Assembly (NCBI RefSeq): GCF_000315625.1
Contig: NW_005434661.1
Coordinates: forward strand, 422,878 to 486,877
Reading direction: 5' to 3'
From: Guillardia theta CCMP2712
Lineage: Eukaryota > Protista > Cryptophyta
Length of the DNA stretch: 64,000 bases
A model generated the notes under the pieces. That model did not search any database. It was given only the letters and a program-made list of their open reading frames with translations, and was not told the origin of the DNA. Positions 49,572 through 62,100 of the stretch are shown here, piece after piece (the first letter of the stretch is position 1; the number at the start of each line of letters is the position of its first letter). Position numbers and translations under genes: made by a program.

Positions 49572-52500
49572 TCACTGAAGGACCGAGAGGATCACGAGTG
49601 TTTCCTCCCCGTTCCCTCCCCTCACTCGCGCCAAGTCGCGGTCGAAGAGAGGAAACTCCTTGCTGCCCCCCATGCTCATCAGGTCGCTCACTCGCACGCT
49701 GAAGCCTCCGAGGAGGAGAGAGACGGACGAGTCGCCACGAGACTTGTCGGCCAAGAGCTCAACGGTGACGTGGGTGTTTGCAGATGGGCAGGAGAACTGA
49801 AGCTGCTTGCTGTCCGTGCTGTCTTGCCCGTTGCTAAGGAGGTGGAGGAAACGCTTCTCGTCGCCAGCCGTGGCCTCCGTCCCCTCAGGTCTCACCGTCA
49901 CTCTCAGGTACACCTGCTCAACCGCTGCAGTGAAGAAGGGGACGTTGCTGACTCTTCCGACACGGAGGGTGACGAGCTGAGACAGAGGAGAGAAGAGGAG
50001 CGGCAGCGGTACGACCACTCGTCCTCTGCTTCCCCTGAGGTTCATCGGCGTCTGTTGACGCATGAGACTGACGTAGAGGAGTCGAGCTGCGCGAGGGCGG
50101 AAGAGTTTGAGGAAGACGAGGGTCCCGCTCTTGCCTCGCAGCTTCTCTTCAACCTCCTCCACCTTGAGGTCCTCAGCCCTGCAGCCATCGATGGAGAGAA
50201 TCTCATCGTCAACGCGGACAAGCCTGCTAAAGAAGGAGGGGCTGCCGTACTCCAGCTTGAGCACAAGCAGCTTCTCACCCGGTCCCCGCCTTCCGAAGTG
50301 AAGACCTACCCCGCAGGAGGTGGAGCTAGAAGGGGTACCAAAGCTGCAGGACTTGAGCCAGACATCCTTGCGAGCATAGCGAGGATCCTCGTCAAGAGGA
50401 AAGAAAGGAAGATCAGGTTGACGGGAGCCACCTTTGAAAGGAGGATAAGACGCCAAGCCCTCGCCAACCGTCACAGATGAGCTGTAAAGCTCAAGCGCTT
50501 CCTCTGCGACCCCCATGGTTTTGCAGATCTTGTCCCACGATGAAGAAACTTTGTCCTCTAGCAGAAAGTTTTCAATGATCTGCTCCTCCACCAGCAACAG
50601 AGAGTGAGCCCGCCTCTTGTAGCAGCCAGCGATCCCCTCAGCTAACCTCTTGCACTCCCTCTCCAACTCGGAGGAGGAGGAAGGAGAGGAGGTGAGGGGA
50701 TGCGGGGGGTTTTGCTCTGCAGCTCTCTTGGCTTCTTGGATTCTTTCCATGAGCAGGATGACGTGCTTGGAGGTCTCCTGCACGAAAAGGTCGTTCTGCT
50801 CGCAGAGGAGCTTTAGTCGCATCCCTTTTTCTCGCTCGCTCTCCTCCCCGTCTTTGAGCATCGTCATCACTCCGAAGCTCAACTTGTCGATGCACTGCTG
50901 GAGGACCAGCAAGTCGTCATCAATCACCGCCACAAGCCCCCCGAGCTGCTCAAGCACCAGCACCTTCTCCTCTTCTCTCTCCACAAAGATGACGTCATCA
51001 TTTCCTACAGGCCCGTGAGAGGATACGAGGCCGCTTCTGACGACAGCGCCAAGAGCTTCTTCAGCCTCCTCCTTCCCACCAACCCCAACCAGAAGAATCT
51101 GAAAGCCGCGAGAAGCAAGAGCCCTGATTGCCTTGCTTGCTTCCTTGCTCGCCTCCACACGCGTCCAATCTCTCTTCCTCTTCATCTTAATGGCGCTATC
51201 TACACCGCCCAGTTTCCCTTGCGGTGCCGTCTTGTCGTATGCCTGAAAGAGGGAGAGAGGAAGCCAGCCGGTCAAGAGGTCTAGAGAGCTCAAGCTCACC
51301 AACGGCTGCTGCCTCTGCTGTCTCACCTCCTCCTGCCTCGGCTGCCTCATCTCTTCCTGTTCGCGTGATTGGTTGTCTCCCCCTCCCTCCAACACCGAGT
51401 CCTTCCTCTCCTCTTCTCTCTCTTCTCGTTCCGAAGGATTCACGTTTGCGAAAGACGAATCCTCGTCTCCAATTCGCAGAAATGAGGATGGTTGGATAGG
51501 AGCAGGAGCAGAAGCAGGAGGTGCAAGGACAGGGGCAGGGGCAGGGGCAGGGGGAGAAGGAGTAACTGGGGCAGGAATAGAGAAAAGATTGGTCACTGCT
51601 GCTGCTGAACCCATGGAACCGAAGGGCGGGAAGGATGGAGGAGGCTCAGAGAAGGAGGGGTTGCGCGAAGGTGGAAGATGAAGACGAGCAAAGATGACGT
51701 CTCCTCCTGCCTGCGAGCGGCGCAACAAGCTTCCCTTGTCGAACACCTAGAACAGACAGTGAGAGGAAAAGAATCATTTTGAGCATTAGCACGCTTGCCT
51801 GCATCACTACCTCGGCGGCCAGGTCCTGCAAGCAGCGAGCGATCAGCACGCTGGTGCGATCAGGTTGCCTAACCTTGGGGCTCCTCGAATCAGAGGCAGA
51901 CTGAGAAGGAGGAGGCGACAACTTGAGCTCGAACTGAACGAGGAGGTCACTCGACAAAGCGGGTACCAGTCGCTGACCTCATCTTCGGACGTGGGGACCT
52001 GAGAGATCTCGAGCCTCTCGTGCTGACAGCCGATAGCCGAGGAGATATCCCTGCAGCAACTTGAGCTCGAGCAAGGGGAGGATGAGGAAGTAGAGAGCCG
52101 AAAGAAAGTGTGTTGGGGTGCTACCGGGAAAGAAGTTGTAGAAGCACATGCGAAGGCGTAAGCTTGACCTTATCTTCTTTCAAGCGAAGAAGAACACTGA
52201 CAGGCTGATCCCTTACCCTCTGACTTCACCGTCACCTTCTCCTCTTCTCTTATCTCATCACCTTCAACTCTCCATCCTCGTCAAGAGTTCCCCGCGATTT
52301 CTCCCCAGACGAGCCGTCGCGCCATCCGGTCCGGGCTGATGAACGCATACATGAGGAGCAGCCGACAAGACTCTTGCAGCTCTCTCACCTCTCTCAACTC
52401 GTTGCAGGAGCACTGGAAACGTTTTGTGGCCTCGTTGCATCTCAACGGTCAAGAAGCTACCCGGTCTTCCTCGAAATGCTTGCTCCACTCTCTTCTTGTC

Positions 52501-52674
52501 AACATAGCTCGTGCGCATCCCTTCCACCATTAGGATCTGATCGCCGATGCGGATCAAGCCAGAAGACCAGGCAGCACCTCCTGGCTCAAGCTCTGTAACG
52601 CGATGAGTTCCATCGACCAGGCTCGCAAACTTCATGCCCACGACTCCATCTTGCGACTGAAGCCCAGAGGTCAT
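49572..52674 (-). CDS. PDZ- and C2-like domain protein with internal HAD-like segment, multi-exon
   Basis: PDZ 1 (VVGMKF..VTELEPGGAAWSSGLIRIGDQILMVEG..FRGRPGSFLTVEMQR), PDZ 2 (GVGLHF..VRVDDEILSIDG..KLRGKSGTLVFLKLFR), C-terminal C2-like beta domain (VTLRVGRVSNVP..VYLRVTV..VTVELL..LLGGFSVRVSDL). Confidence 0.75.
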
Positions 52675-52851
52675 CGAGTCTTCTAATGCAGCAGGTCAAA
52701 GTCAAGCATATGAAACTAACGATTATCTTCATCCTCCCTCCCTATTCATCATCATCATTTTCCTCTGCTCTTCTCTCTCCCACTACTTCGCATCCTCGCT
52801 GTATCCCATCTTTTCTCGCTCTTCCTCGCGTCCTCTCTCCTCCTTCAGCAC

Positions 52852-53070
52852 TCTCCTCGCCTCGCCTCGCCTCGCCTCGCCTCGCCTCGCCTCGCCTCGC
52901 CTCTCCTCTCCTCTCCTCTCCTCTCCTCTCCTCTCCTCTCCTCTCCTCTCCTCTCCTCTCCTCTCCTCTCCTCTCCTCTCCTCTCCTCTCCTCTCCTCTC
53001 CTCTCCTCTCCTCTCCTCTCCTCTCCTCTCCTCTCCTCTCCTCTCCTCTCCTCTCCTCTCCTCTCTCTCT
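52852..53070. repeat. (CCTCG)n-(CCTCT)n compound pentanucleotide array
   Basis: Seen directly. Confidence 0.95.
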
Positions 53071-53230
53071 CCATCGCCCCCTCTGTTGTGCACAAGAATG
53101 TCTCTTCCCTACGCAACCACCCCTTTCTATGACCCCCTGCTTTACGGTCTTAGAGGGGGTTGAAGTACCCCCAATGATCATACAATGCCGTCAAGAGGTT
53201 TGACAAAAAAAAAATGGTTGACGAGAAACA

Positions 53231-53596
53231 CAGAAGAGAAGAGAAGAGAAGAGAAGAGAAGAGAAGAGCAGAGAAGAGAAGAGAAGAGAAGAGCAGAGAA
53301 GAGAAGAGAAGAGCAGAGAAGAGCAGAGAAGAGAAGAGAAGAGCAGAGAAGAGAAGAGCAGAGAAGAGAAGAGCAGAGCAGAGAAGAGAAGAGCAGAGAA
53401 GAGAAGAGAAGAGCAGAGAAGAGAAGAGCAGAGCAGAGAAGAGAAGAGAAGAGAAGAGCAGAGAAGAGAAGATAAGAGCAGAGAAGAGCAGAGAAGAGAA
53501 GAGAAGAGAAGAGAAGAGAAGAGAAGAGAAGAGAAGAGCAGAGAAGAGAAGAGAAGAGAAGAGAAGAGAAGAGAAGAGAAGAGAAGAGAAAAGAAG
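53231..53596. repeat. (AGAAG/AGCAG)n variant pentanucleotide array
   Basis: Seen directly; two unit variants interspersed. Confidence 0.95.
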
Positions 53597-53703
53597 ACGA
53601 CGTAGCTGAAGGGGGTGAGTTGAAAGAGGGAAAACAAGAAAACTGGCACATCAAACCACGAATCCAAGCTTTTTTAACCGACCACGACAGATCACGTATC
53701 ACC

Positions 53704-56457
53704 ATGCTTCAGGAATGCTCTTCGCCTGTGGAGAGCAAAGCAGACAAGGGGGGGGGCAGAACGGAATGGTATAAGACTTGAAATTGTTTGCTGTTGTGAA
53801 TTGATTACTCTTGCTGTAAACAGGCATTCTTGTTTGTGAGCAAGTGCCTGCGATGAAACAGGCAAAGAGATGGTTTCAATTGCGGCAGAAAGGACAGGCG
53901 AAGGACCGTTTGTCGCCTGTGTCCATGGGTGTTGAAGCATGGCAAGCCAGCCAAGACTCAAAGCGGGGAGGGGAGAGCGGAAGTGAGAGAGCGGAACGAG
54001 AGGATCTGAGAGCCTCTAAGGGCAGGAAGTGTCATGAAGATGAGAGAGAGGGAGGTGGGAGAGAGGACTCAAAGCGCCCTACCAGTCATACTGTGATAGA
54101 GGACCTGCGGCTTGACGATGCAGATCTTTTTCGACGAGGTCTCAACACGAGCATCTTGCAAGCCATGTGGTTCGAAGAGCATGCCTTGTTGGATAGCCTC
54201 ATGCAGCTGCATCACGAGTTGAGCATACAGACCCTGCACCATCAGCTGGCGACACAGAGAGGTAAACAAGCTGTCGCTTTCTGCAAACACTCAGTCAGAA
54301 ATTGAAGCTCTTTGCTCAAAACTTGACATGGTTGTGTGCTTGCAGGTTGCTCTGCTACATCTGAGTTGTGTCCTTCCATCTCCATCACCAGGTCAGACAT
54401 CTCCGCGAAATTAGAAGCGTTGCGATCATCGTCCAAGCTTCAGAGGCATCACGCGAGGGTGCAACATTTGCAAGAAAAGCTCTGTGCTCGCAGAGACAAG
54501 TTACTAGACAGTGAGACTAGAGCTTTAGTCTCTCTGGAAGCGAAAGCCAGCGAATGCTTCCTCGCCGAACGAGACTCTCAGCCACATGCTTTATTCAGAC
54601 GCAGTGACTGCCTGCATCAGACAAGCATTATGATGAGAAATCCTTACAGTTCGAGCCAAGGAAGAGAACCTGAAAGTAGCCAATTTGATGCTGGACAGAA
54701 TACCACGAGCACATGCGTGGATGTACAACCATCACATTCCATTCACAAACCCCAAAACTTTTGTTCGACAAAAGATGGTGGTGAAATCGTTTGCTTCAAT
54801 TCAAGTCACCAACATGCGCTTGAGAGCACACAAGTAAAGGGACAATACCCGAATCACCTGGACGGCAACTTATTACTTCCTTGCTTCTCACGCTTGCTTC
54901 CGAGCCTGTTGACAGAGTCCGTTGAAGCTCAAAAGGTCCTTGATGACCCAGCAAAAACTTTCCACGGCGACGACCCACTAGAGGAAGCTTTCAGTGCTGA
55001 AGAAGATGTTTTTGTTTCTTTGCGCCAGCACCGGCATCGCGTGGCTGCTAAAGTGAGTCTGTGACGCTATTTGAAACAGACTGAGTTGTTTTGCAGCTGT
55101 TTGTCCTCAAGGGAGATTTTCTCACGCAGCATTGCTCCCCACCTGTTCTCAGTGCTCGGCAGCTGCAGCAGCCCCCGCTGCTCCCCTGCAGGTCTCCTGG
55201 AGCTGGTTGAGGCTTCGCTTACCTTGTCGCAGGACTTTCGTGTCCATCCTCCCGAGCCCAGCTCTCAACCCAGCTGGCTCTCAAACCGATGAAACGGAGG
55301 GCAGCTCCTGGCCTGGGACTGCAGAAACAAGAAGACGCGGGTTTGTGAAGGTCGGAGAGAGGATGGAGAGGCTGCTGGGAGCGAGTAGACACGAGCGGCT
55401 GCCGCGAGTTTTGATCCTTCAGGTGGAGCGACGGAGACGATCAAGAGTAAGTCGACTGATCTCCAGTGCCATGGCTGACAACCTATCAGGTAGGTGCAAA
55501 GCAGCTTTTCTTGGAAGCGGAAAGTGTTGAGAAAGCGAGCTTGTGGATCAGAGGCATCAAGTGCGTGTTGAACGAGGAAGATCAGTCAGATCCTGAAAAC
55601 TCCTTGTAGACTCCTCTTCTTGAAAATTTATGATGTTATTTCATTCATCAAATGCTCTATCAGTAGTTCAGCTAGTTTTCTGGCAAGATTATCAACATTT
55701 CAGCCGACCATTTACCTCTATTGCTCTCAGCTGCCCAGCAGAGCTTCACTCCTCACTTCGCGATAAATCCGCATTTCGTTGCAACTTCTTCAGCCGCCAT
55801 GAGTCTTCTCAGACTCCAAGATGCTGAAATTCAGCACCAGAAAGTTTCAACACAGCCTGTCTTGAACTTTCGAAGCCTTTTGCTCCTGATGCCCAGCACT
55901 GCTTGAATGACTCGCACAGGAAACGCTTGCAATACTTTGGTGTCAGTAATGATCACGTTCTTAGCTTGTAGGAGGACAAGCTGTGAAGCGACTTGCAGTA
56001 TCGTGAGAAGAATCAGCGCTCTCACTATCAAGGGCTGCAAAGTGGCTTGAAGGCTCTGCTCTTCTTCCCTCCTAGAGAGCTTCGAGCGGAGCCTGAACTC
56101 ATAGAGCTTCTCCTCCACAGGAGCGAACAACGTTTCTGTGACCTTTCCTGTACAGCTCAGTGAGGCTATAAACGCCTCATGATCTTCTTTTCCTTCTGCT
56201 GACGCGTCCTCAGGCACACTCGGCCACTCGCCAGGTCTTGAAGTGCAAACGCAACAGCATCGCCAGCTGCTCTGTGTCTCGATGCTCCCTGTTGCACGAA
56301 GCTTGGGGATGCAGGAAGAAGGATAGAGGGAGAGTGAGGACGAGAGAGCGCGCACGAGGCTGCTAAGGAAGAACGAGGAGCCGTCAGGCGGAAGGATGAG
56401 GAGGCAGGAGCTGAGAGCAGAGCGCTGAAAGCAGTGCCCACCATTGTCGCCTCCTGA
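53704..56457 (+). CDS. Hypothetical multi-exon protein (boundaries uncertain)
   Basis: ORFs 53844-54305 and 54336-55064 with plausible coding composition and flanking GT-AG introns; no family recognised. Confidence 0.4.
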
Positions 56458-56584
56458 CGGTGAGTCCACCCCCACCCCACCCTCACCCTCCCTATTTCAG
56501 ATTTTCCCTTTCCACCTACCCCACCCCATGACGCATGAGAGTCTGGTGGCCCCCGCGGTGGAGTCGCCGAGCCTGTCACTGAGA

Positions 56585-59465
56585 GGTCCCGGCGGGCCTG
56601 GCCCGCCGGGACCACCACAAAGCGGGCCGGGCGGCCGCCACAAAGCGGGCGGCCGCGGACGGAGAAAGGGCAGCCGCCGACAAGGAGCCGGCGTTGCCCG
56701 GGGGTCCGCCTGGGGCAGCGGACGGAGGGAGGCTGGACACAGGAACACGGTACCGCTCGAGGTAGTCCTCCTCGCTAGCCTCCGAGTCAGCGGTAGCCGA
56801 GTCAGCGGTAGCCGCCCGTGACGGCGGCGACGCCGCAGCAATGCCCAAGGACCGGCGTGACCCGACCGATGCCGGGGAGGAAGCAGGCGAGCTCGGACCA
56901 GCAGCAAGCACCCCAGCGCCGATCGTCGGCGCCACTCGACGTGTTTCCCCCATCGGAGTCGGAGACCTCCGGCGAAGACTCCTCCTCGGGCGACTCGACA
57001 AAGTCCGAGGAGGAGCTGTCCTCTGGCTCGAGAAGTGCTTGCGCCCGCAAGGGCGTCATGCGCCTCGCACCAGACAAGAGCGCCTCCAGCCGCTGAGCGT
57101 CAGCTGCATAGTGAGGCGCTGATAGGTGGCGGCGCGTTTGCGAGCCAAGACCTCAGCAGCAGGGCCGTCATCAGGCACGAAGTGCCGCAGTGACCAAACG
57201 CCGCATCCTCAAGAGGCATCGAGCGCTGATCAATGATGTCCGCGAGATACCAGATGAAGCGGAGGGTGTCAGGATGCAGGGTACCGTCTCCGTCCCTCAC
57301 TGTGACGTCGGGTGCCTCCGGAGAGCTCGACACCACTGGGGTGCTTGCTGCTGGTCCGAGCTCGCCTGCTTCCTCCCCGGCATCGGTCGGGTCACGCCGG
57401 TCCTTGGGCATTGCCGCGGCGTCGCCGCCGTCACGGGCGGCTACCGCTGACTCGGCTACCGCTGACTCGGAGGCTAGCGAGGAGGACTACCTCGAGCGGT
57501 ACCGTGTTCCGCTGCCCCTGGCGGACCCCCGGGCAGCGCCGGCTCCTTGTCGGCGGCTGCCCTTTCTCCGTCCGCGGCCGCCCGCTTTGTGGCGGCAGCG
57601 GACGTCTCGACTGACAGTGGTCAGTCGGCTGCCTCCGGGTATCGCGTCTAAGGGATTTTATTCCTCCTGCATGCTCCTGCTGCTTGTTGCTTGATTGCTT
57701 GACCCTTAGGCTGCTTGTCTGCGCGGCTTCGCGCTTGGGCTGGCGCTGCCGCGTCTGGGTGCCAGCCGTGCTGGTTCTTTTCGGGCTTGTGTTTTGTGTG
57801 TGCTTGTGCCGCTTCTCGCTGTGGACTGTGTGCCTGCCGGTTCAGCTTGTTCCTGCTTTGTTTTGCTTGAGGCACTTTTTACCTTCTGCCAGTAAATCCT
57901 ATACCGTCCGTCGAGATGGCAAGAGGGATGAACGCTCGAGGAGGAGTAGTCATAGCATATGCAGCGCGATGTTTGCGAATCTTCTCAGACGCTGCAACAT
58001 GGAGGGCGTCGAGGTTGACCTCCCCCCACTTGGTCAGGTCGGCAGAGCTACCAATGTAAGGGTGGACCAACGTCACGTCCGCCATCAAGCCCTCGTACTG
58101 CTCAGACCCTCGATCGCGGATTCCAGGGATGTGGATATCGCCCTTCATCTTGCGGCCATGAGGATGGGAACTTGCCGTCGAGAACGAGGATCCCCCACTG
58201 TATCGATGACGCTCTGAAGACCAGCTTTGTTCAGCATCGACCGAATCGTACGAGTAAGGTTGTCATGCGCCGTGGGAAGCTTGGAGGATCGGCGTTTGCA
58301 GGTCTGGAGATGATGTGCAGCAACGGAGGGATCGAGCTCGCGCTGACATCCATCACATTCCGTCGGACACTGGCAGATCGGCATGCCATGGAGATAGCAG
58401 TCGAGCATCTGAGCATAGCGGTGCGGGAAGGCCTTGAGGGGGTAGTAGCTCGAGACTGCAGCCGCCGCCGGCAAGGAGCCGGCGTTGGTCCGCCTGGGGA
58501 AGCGGACGGAGGGAGGCTGGACACTAGCAGTATACTGGAACACGGTATCGCTCGGGGTCCGCAAGGTGTGCTTGCTGCTGGTCCGAGCTCGCCTGCTTCC
58601 TCCCCGGCATCGGTCGGGTCCCGCCGGTCCTTGGGCATTGCTGCGGCGGCGTCGCCGCCGTCACGGGCGGTTATAGGATTTACTGGCAGAAGATAAAAAG
58701 TGCCTCAAGCAAAACAAAGCAGGAACAAGCTGAACCGGCAGGTACACAGTCCACAGCGGTGTTGGTCTCGGCTACCGCTGACTCGGAGGCTAGCGAGGAG
58801 GACTACCTCGAGCGGTACCGTGTTCCTGTGTCCAGCCTCCCTCCGTCCGCTGCCCCAGGCTATATTCCTCCAGGCGGACCCCCGGACAGCGCCCCAGTCA
58901 TTGGCAGAGTATAGGATTTACTGGCAGAAGGTAAAAAGTGCCTCAAGCAAAATAAAGCAGGAACAAGCTAAACCTCCAGGCACACAGTCCACAGCGAGAA
59001 GCTGCACAAGCACACACAAAACACAAGCCCGAAAAGAACCAGCACTGCTGGCACCCAGACGCGGCAGCGCCAGCCCAAGCGCGAAGCCGCGCAGACAAGC
59101 AGCCTAAGCCTCCGGTCAAGCAATCAAGCAACAAGCAGCAGGAGCATGCAGGAGGAATAAAATCCCTTAGACGCGATACCCGGAGGCAGCCGACTGACCA
59201 CTGTCAGTCGAGACGTCCGCTGCCGCCACAAAGCGGGCGGCCGCGGACGGAGAAAGGGCAGCCGCCGACAAGGAGCCGGCGCTGCCCGGGGGTCCGCCTG
59301 GGGCAGCGGACGGAGGGAGGCTGGACACAGCTAGCCTCCGAGTCAGCGGTAGCCGAGTCAGCGGTAGCCGCCCGTGACGGCGGCGACGCCGCGGCAATGC
59401 CCAAGGACCGGCGTGACCCGACCCGGCCGATGCCGGGGAGGAAGCACTGCGGCAGGCGAGCTCGG
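56585..59465 (-). mobile_element. Rearranged, 5'-truncated relic of a CRE-like (RLE-type) non-LTR retrotransposon with internal inverted duplications
   Basis: Minus-strand CCHC knuckle CDGC..HHLQTC, AHDNL, KGDI..ADVTLVHP, EKIRKH, FIPLAISTDG (58564-57904, one frameshift); continuation LHPDTLRFIWYLAD and LARKRAATYQRL at 57290-57100; repeated 3'-end modules in both orientations. Confidence 0.75.
57356..59465. repeat. Long inverted repeat: arms ~57356-57903 and ~58910-59465
   Basis: Left arm ends ..ttctgccagtaaatcctata; right arm starts tataggatttactggcagaag.. and is a near-exact reverse complement with small indels. Confidence 0.92.
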
Positions 59466-59724
59466 TAACAGGCTGCTCCACGCGTGAAGCTCGGCATCCG
59501 GGCCGGTGCTCCGTTCAGTATCAGTCACAATCCGGCGGGCCCGGGCGTCACGTCACAGTGAGTGCCGTGCAGGTCTTGATTGTCCCTGTCTTTACTCAAC
59601 TTGAAGTCCTGCTTGAGGTAGCAGAAGAAGTCTTTCGCTGTCTTTCCTTGTGTTAGCGACTCTCTCTGAGGCGGACTGGTTGGGCACCAGCCAGCCTGTT
59701 GGATTCTCGATTTTGAGGAACAAG

Positions 59725-61908
59725 ATGCTGGGTCATATGCGCGCGTTGGTGGGCGGTGGAGGAGGAGACGAAGGGGAAGGAGAAGGATGGCGTCTGGTGG
59801 AGGAGGCAACCAGAGAAGAAATAAGCGCAGAAGATGGAGCGAGCTCTCTCGCAGGAACACAAGAGGATGTGCGCATGCTACGCATGCTCCACGTCTGTGA
59901 CTCAGTGAACGTGGGTGGTCGCGAGATGTGGGTGACAAGCTCTGATGCTTCTCTTCTTCTCTCTCCTCGCTCTCATCGTGTTTCTCAGGGCTCAACAAGT
60001 GGTTAAAGCGATAAGGATACGTCTAACAAGGTCAAGACCACAAGTGCAACTATCTGCGCTTGAGGTTTGCGCTTATAGTTCGGTGAAAGCGTGTGTGAAG
60101 TGAGGCCATGAAGCTGGCAGAAGTTTTGGTAAAGAACTGCGGGGCAGAGCTTCATCAACAAGTTGGCAGCAAGCACTTCATGGCAGATCTGCAATCGATG
60201 GCAACAGGGGAGGTGAGTCGGAAGGTAGCGAGGGAGGTTGTAAAGGTGACAACAGGAGGTGGATGCAGCGGTGCAGCGAAAGTGTCTCGAGCTCATCCAA
60301 GCGTGGGGGGAAGCTTTCAAGAGTCTGCAGCAGGTGACAACCATCTGCTTCCTTGCCATAGCCTGCTCACTCTCAGGCAGACTCTTCCGCTGTTCACAGC
60401 TACCTTCAACTTCCTGAAGGCGCAGGGTAAGGAGAAGGAGGAGCGATACTGCATGACGAGGCCTGCAGGAGTTGAGTTTCCTCAGTTTGACGCCTCTCTC
60501 GCTCCTCAGCTGTCGGGCAAGGTGGGTGACCTTGCTGGAGTCAGCGCTGACCTGTTGGCTTCAAGATCAACCTCAACGAGGGTGCTGGGAGTACATCGTA
60601 CGGAGTGATGGCACCAGCATCTCACAGTAGTAACCAGCTGCTGCTTCCTCCCGCTCTGAAAGTTTCTCAGACCCTCAGGCATCAAAAGTTCTGCCCCCCG
60701 TGTTCATGTCGGAGCTACTGAAAGAAGATCTAGAGCAGGTGCTGTTCGTGCTGTAAACCTTTGCCTGACCATGCGCAGGTCAGCATTCAGTGTAATTTAC
60801 TTGTAGATATGATGAATGAAGCGATCGTCATGGTGAGAGCTCCTGCCATGCCCCTCATGTCCCTCATCTGAGCTACAGAAACATGACATACGCAAGAACA
60901 ACATCCTGACCGAGCTCGTGCGAAACTGCCGCATCTTCCAGGTGATACAAGTGGGAGAGCACCTGACCCTGACTGAGTTGATGGGGTGAAGCCGAGGATC
61001 ATGAGACTCGCCGAGCAAGTCCCAGACGAAGATGTCATTCCGCTCCTCCTCAAAGTCGTCAACCCTGTCGTGCTCTTACGAGACTTCAACTGATGTGCTT
61101 GTTGCAGATCAATGACGATCTCATCAATGCACTCAACGTGTACAGCTCGACGCTGCAAGAAGTCAATCAGAGAGAAAAGAATCAAAAACAGAAGAAGCTG
61201 GCCAATCAAAATGCGAAGAAGACGATCATATGGGAACCAGATGTGAGTTGTCGCCTTACAGGCGTGAGATTGATGGTCATCTTTCGTTTGTTTTCAGGGA
61301 GCAACAACCGAGGAGGATACGAATTTGAGCATGCTTCTTGGTGACTGCAGTCTTTTTCTCTCTCTTCTGTCTGCGTGTGGAGTTGTCATTTGCTTACAAC
61401 TATCGTAAGGCATCGACAACTCATCCTCGCTGATTCCTCCCCCTCCTTCCAAGAGCAAATCAACCGCAGAAGTGAAAGCAGATGCTGATCTCGACGCGCT
61501 GCTTGGTGAGCGACATGGCACGAGCGCAAGAGGCTGATGGTGTTCAAGGGATCGACATGCAGCAGTCGCTGCCTACCGTCGCCACCTCTGAAGCAGCAGG
61601 CAGCCAAGGTGGAGGGTCAAGTGAAGTGAGCGAAAGTCAAGAACACCAACAGAGTTTGTCAGCCACTGACAAGTCTCATCCGGTGCCCTGCCCTGCCCTG
61701 CTCTTGTTTCCTCTTGTCTTCATCTGTTCTGATGCATCTTCAGGCTTCTGATTCGTCACTCGCGGGTCTCTCAGCATCGCCTTCATCTTCTTTGACTGCA
61801 GGAACAACAACCGACGACCTCACACGTGTGGAGTCAAAGAAAGATTCAAGAGAAGGAGCAGACGATGATCGAGTGAGAGAAGACGAGGGAGAAAAGCAAC
61901 ACGATTGA
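59725..61908 (+). CDS. TOM1-like VHS-GAT domain protein, multi-exon
   Basis: VHS: RLVEEATREE, VVKAIRIRL..PQVQLSAL, LAEVLVKNCGAELHQQVGSKHF, ELIQAWGEAF, FNFLKAQ/GVEFP; GAT: ELVRNCRIFQ/PRIMRLAEQVPDEDVIPLLLK/INDDLINALNVY. Confidence 0.88.
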
Positions 61909-62100
61909 TGCAGTACACAAGTTGTTGCAAAGAAATTCAATCCATTCTTAATGTCTTCCCTTCCCAGTCAATTTGTTCGCAAGATACTAAACACATGAAG
62001 TTTGCTCGTCAAGTGCGAAATATTCAACCTGAGAGACTGTGTCAAGCAACGTGAGCAACACAAGCAATCTTTGAAATCGATTAGTCCGCTTTACTTCTGC

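Noticed and set aside
49377-50480. 367-aa plus-strand ORF
   Set aside because: Antisense shadow of the PDZ/C2 gene
53231-53596. CRISPR-like or information-bearing array in the AGAAG/AGCAG tract
   Set aside because: 5-bp units with point variants and no unique spacers; explained by slippage
52686-53705. EERRG/SSPLL/EEKRR repeat proteins
   Set aside because: Open in several frames on both strands because of stop-free pentamer repeats
57356-59465. DNA transposon with long terminal inverted repeats
   Set aside because: Internal sequence is an RLE retroelement fragment, arms are copies of its 3' tail, and no transposase or target-site duplication was found
41470-61908. Trafficking gene cluster (kinesin, EHD, PDZ-C2, TOM1-like)
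   Set aside because: Mixed orientations with unrelated genes interspersed; no evidence beyond chance adjacency
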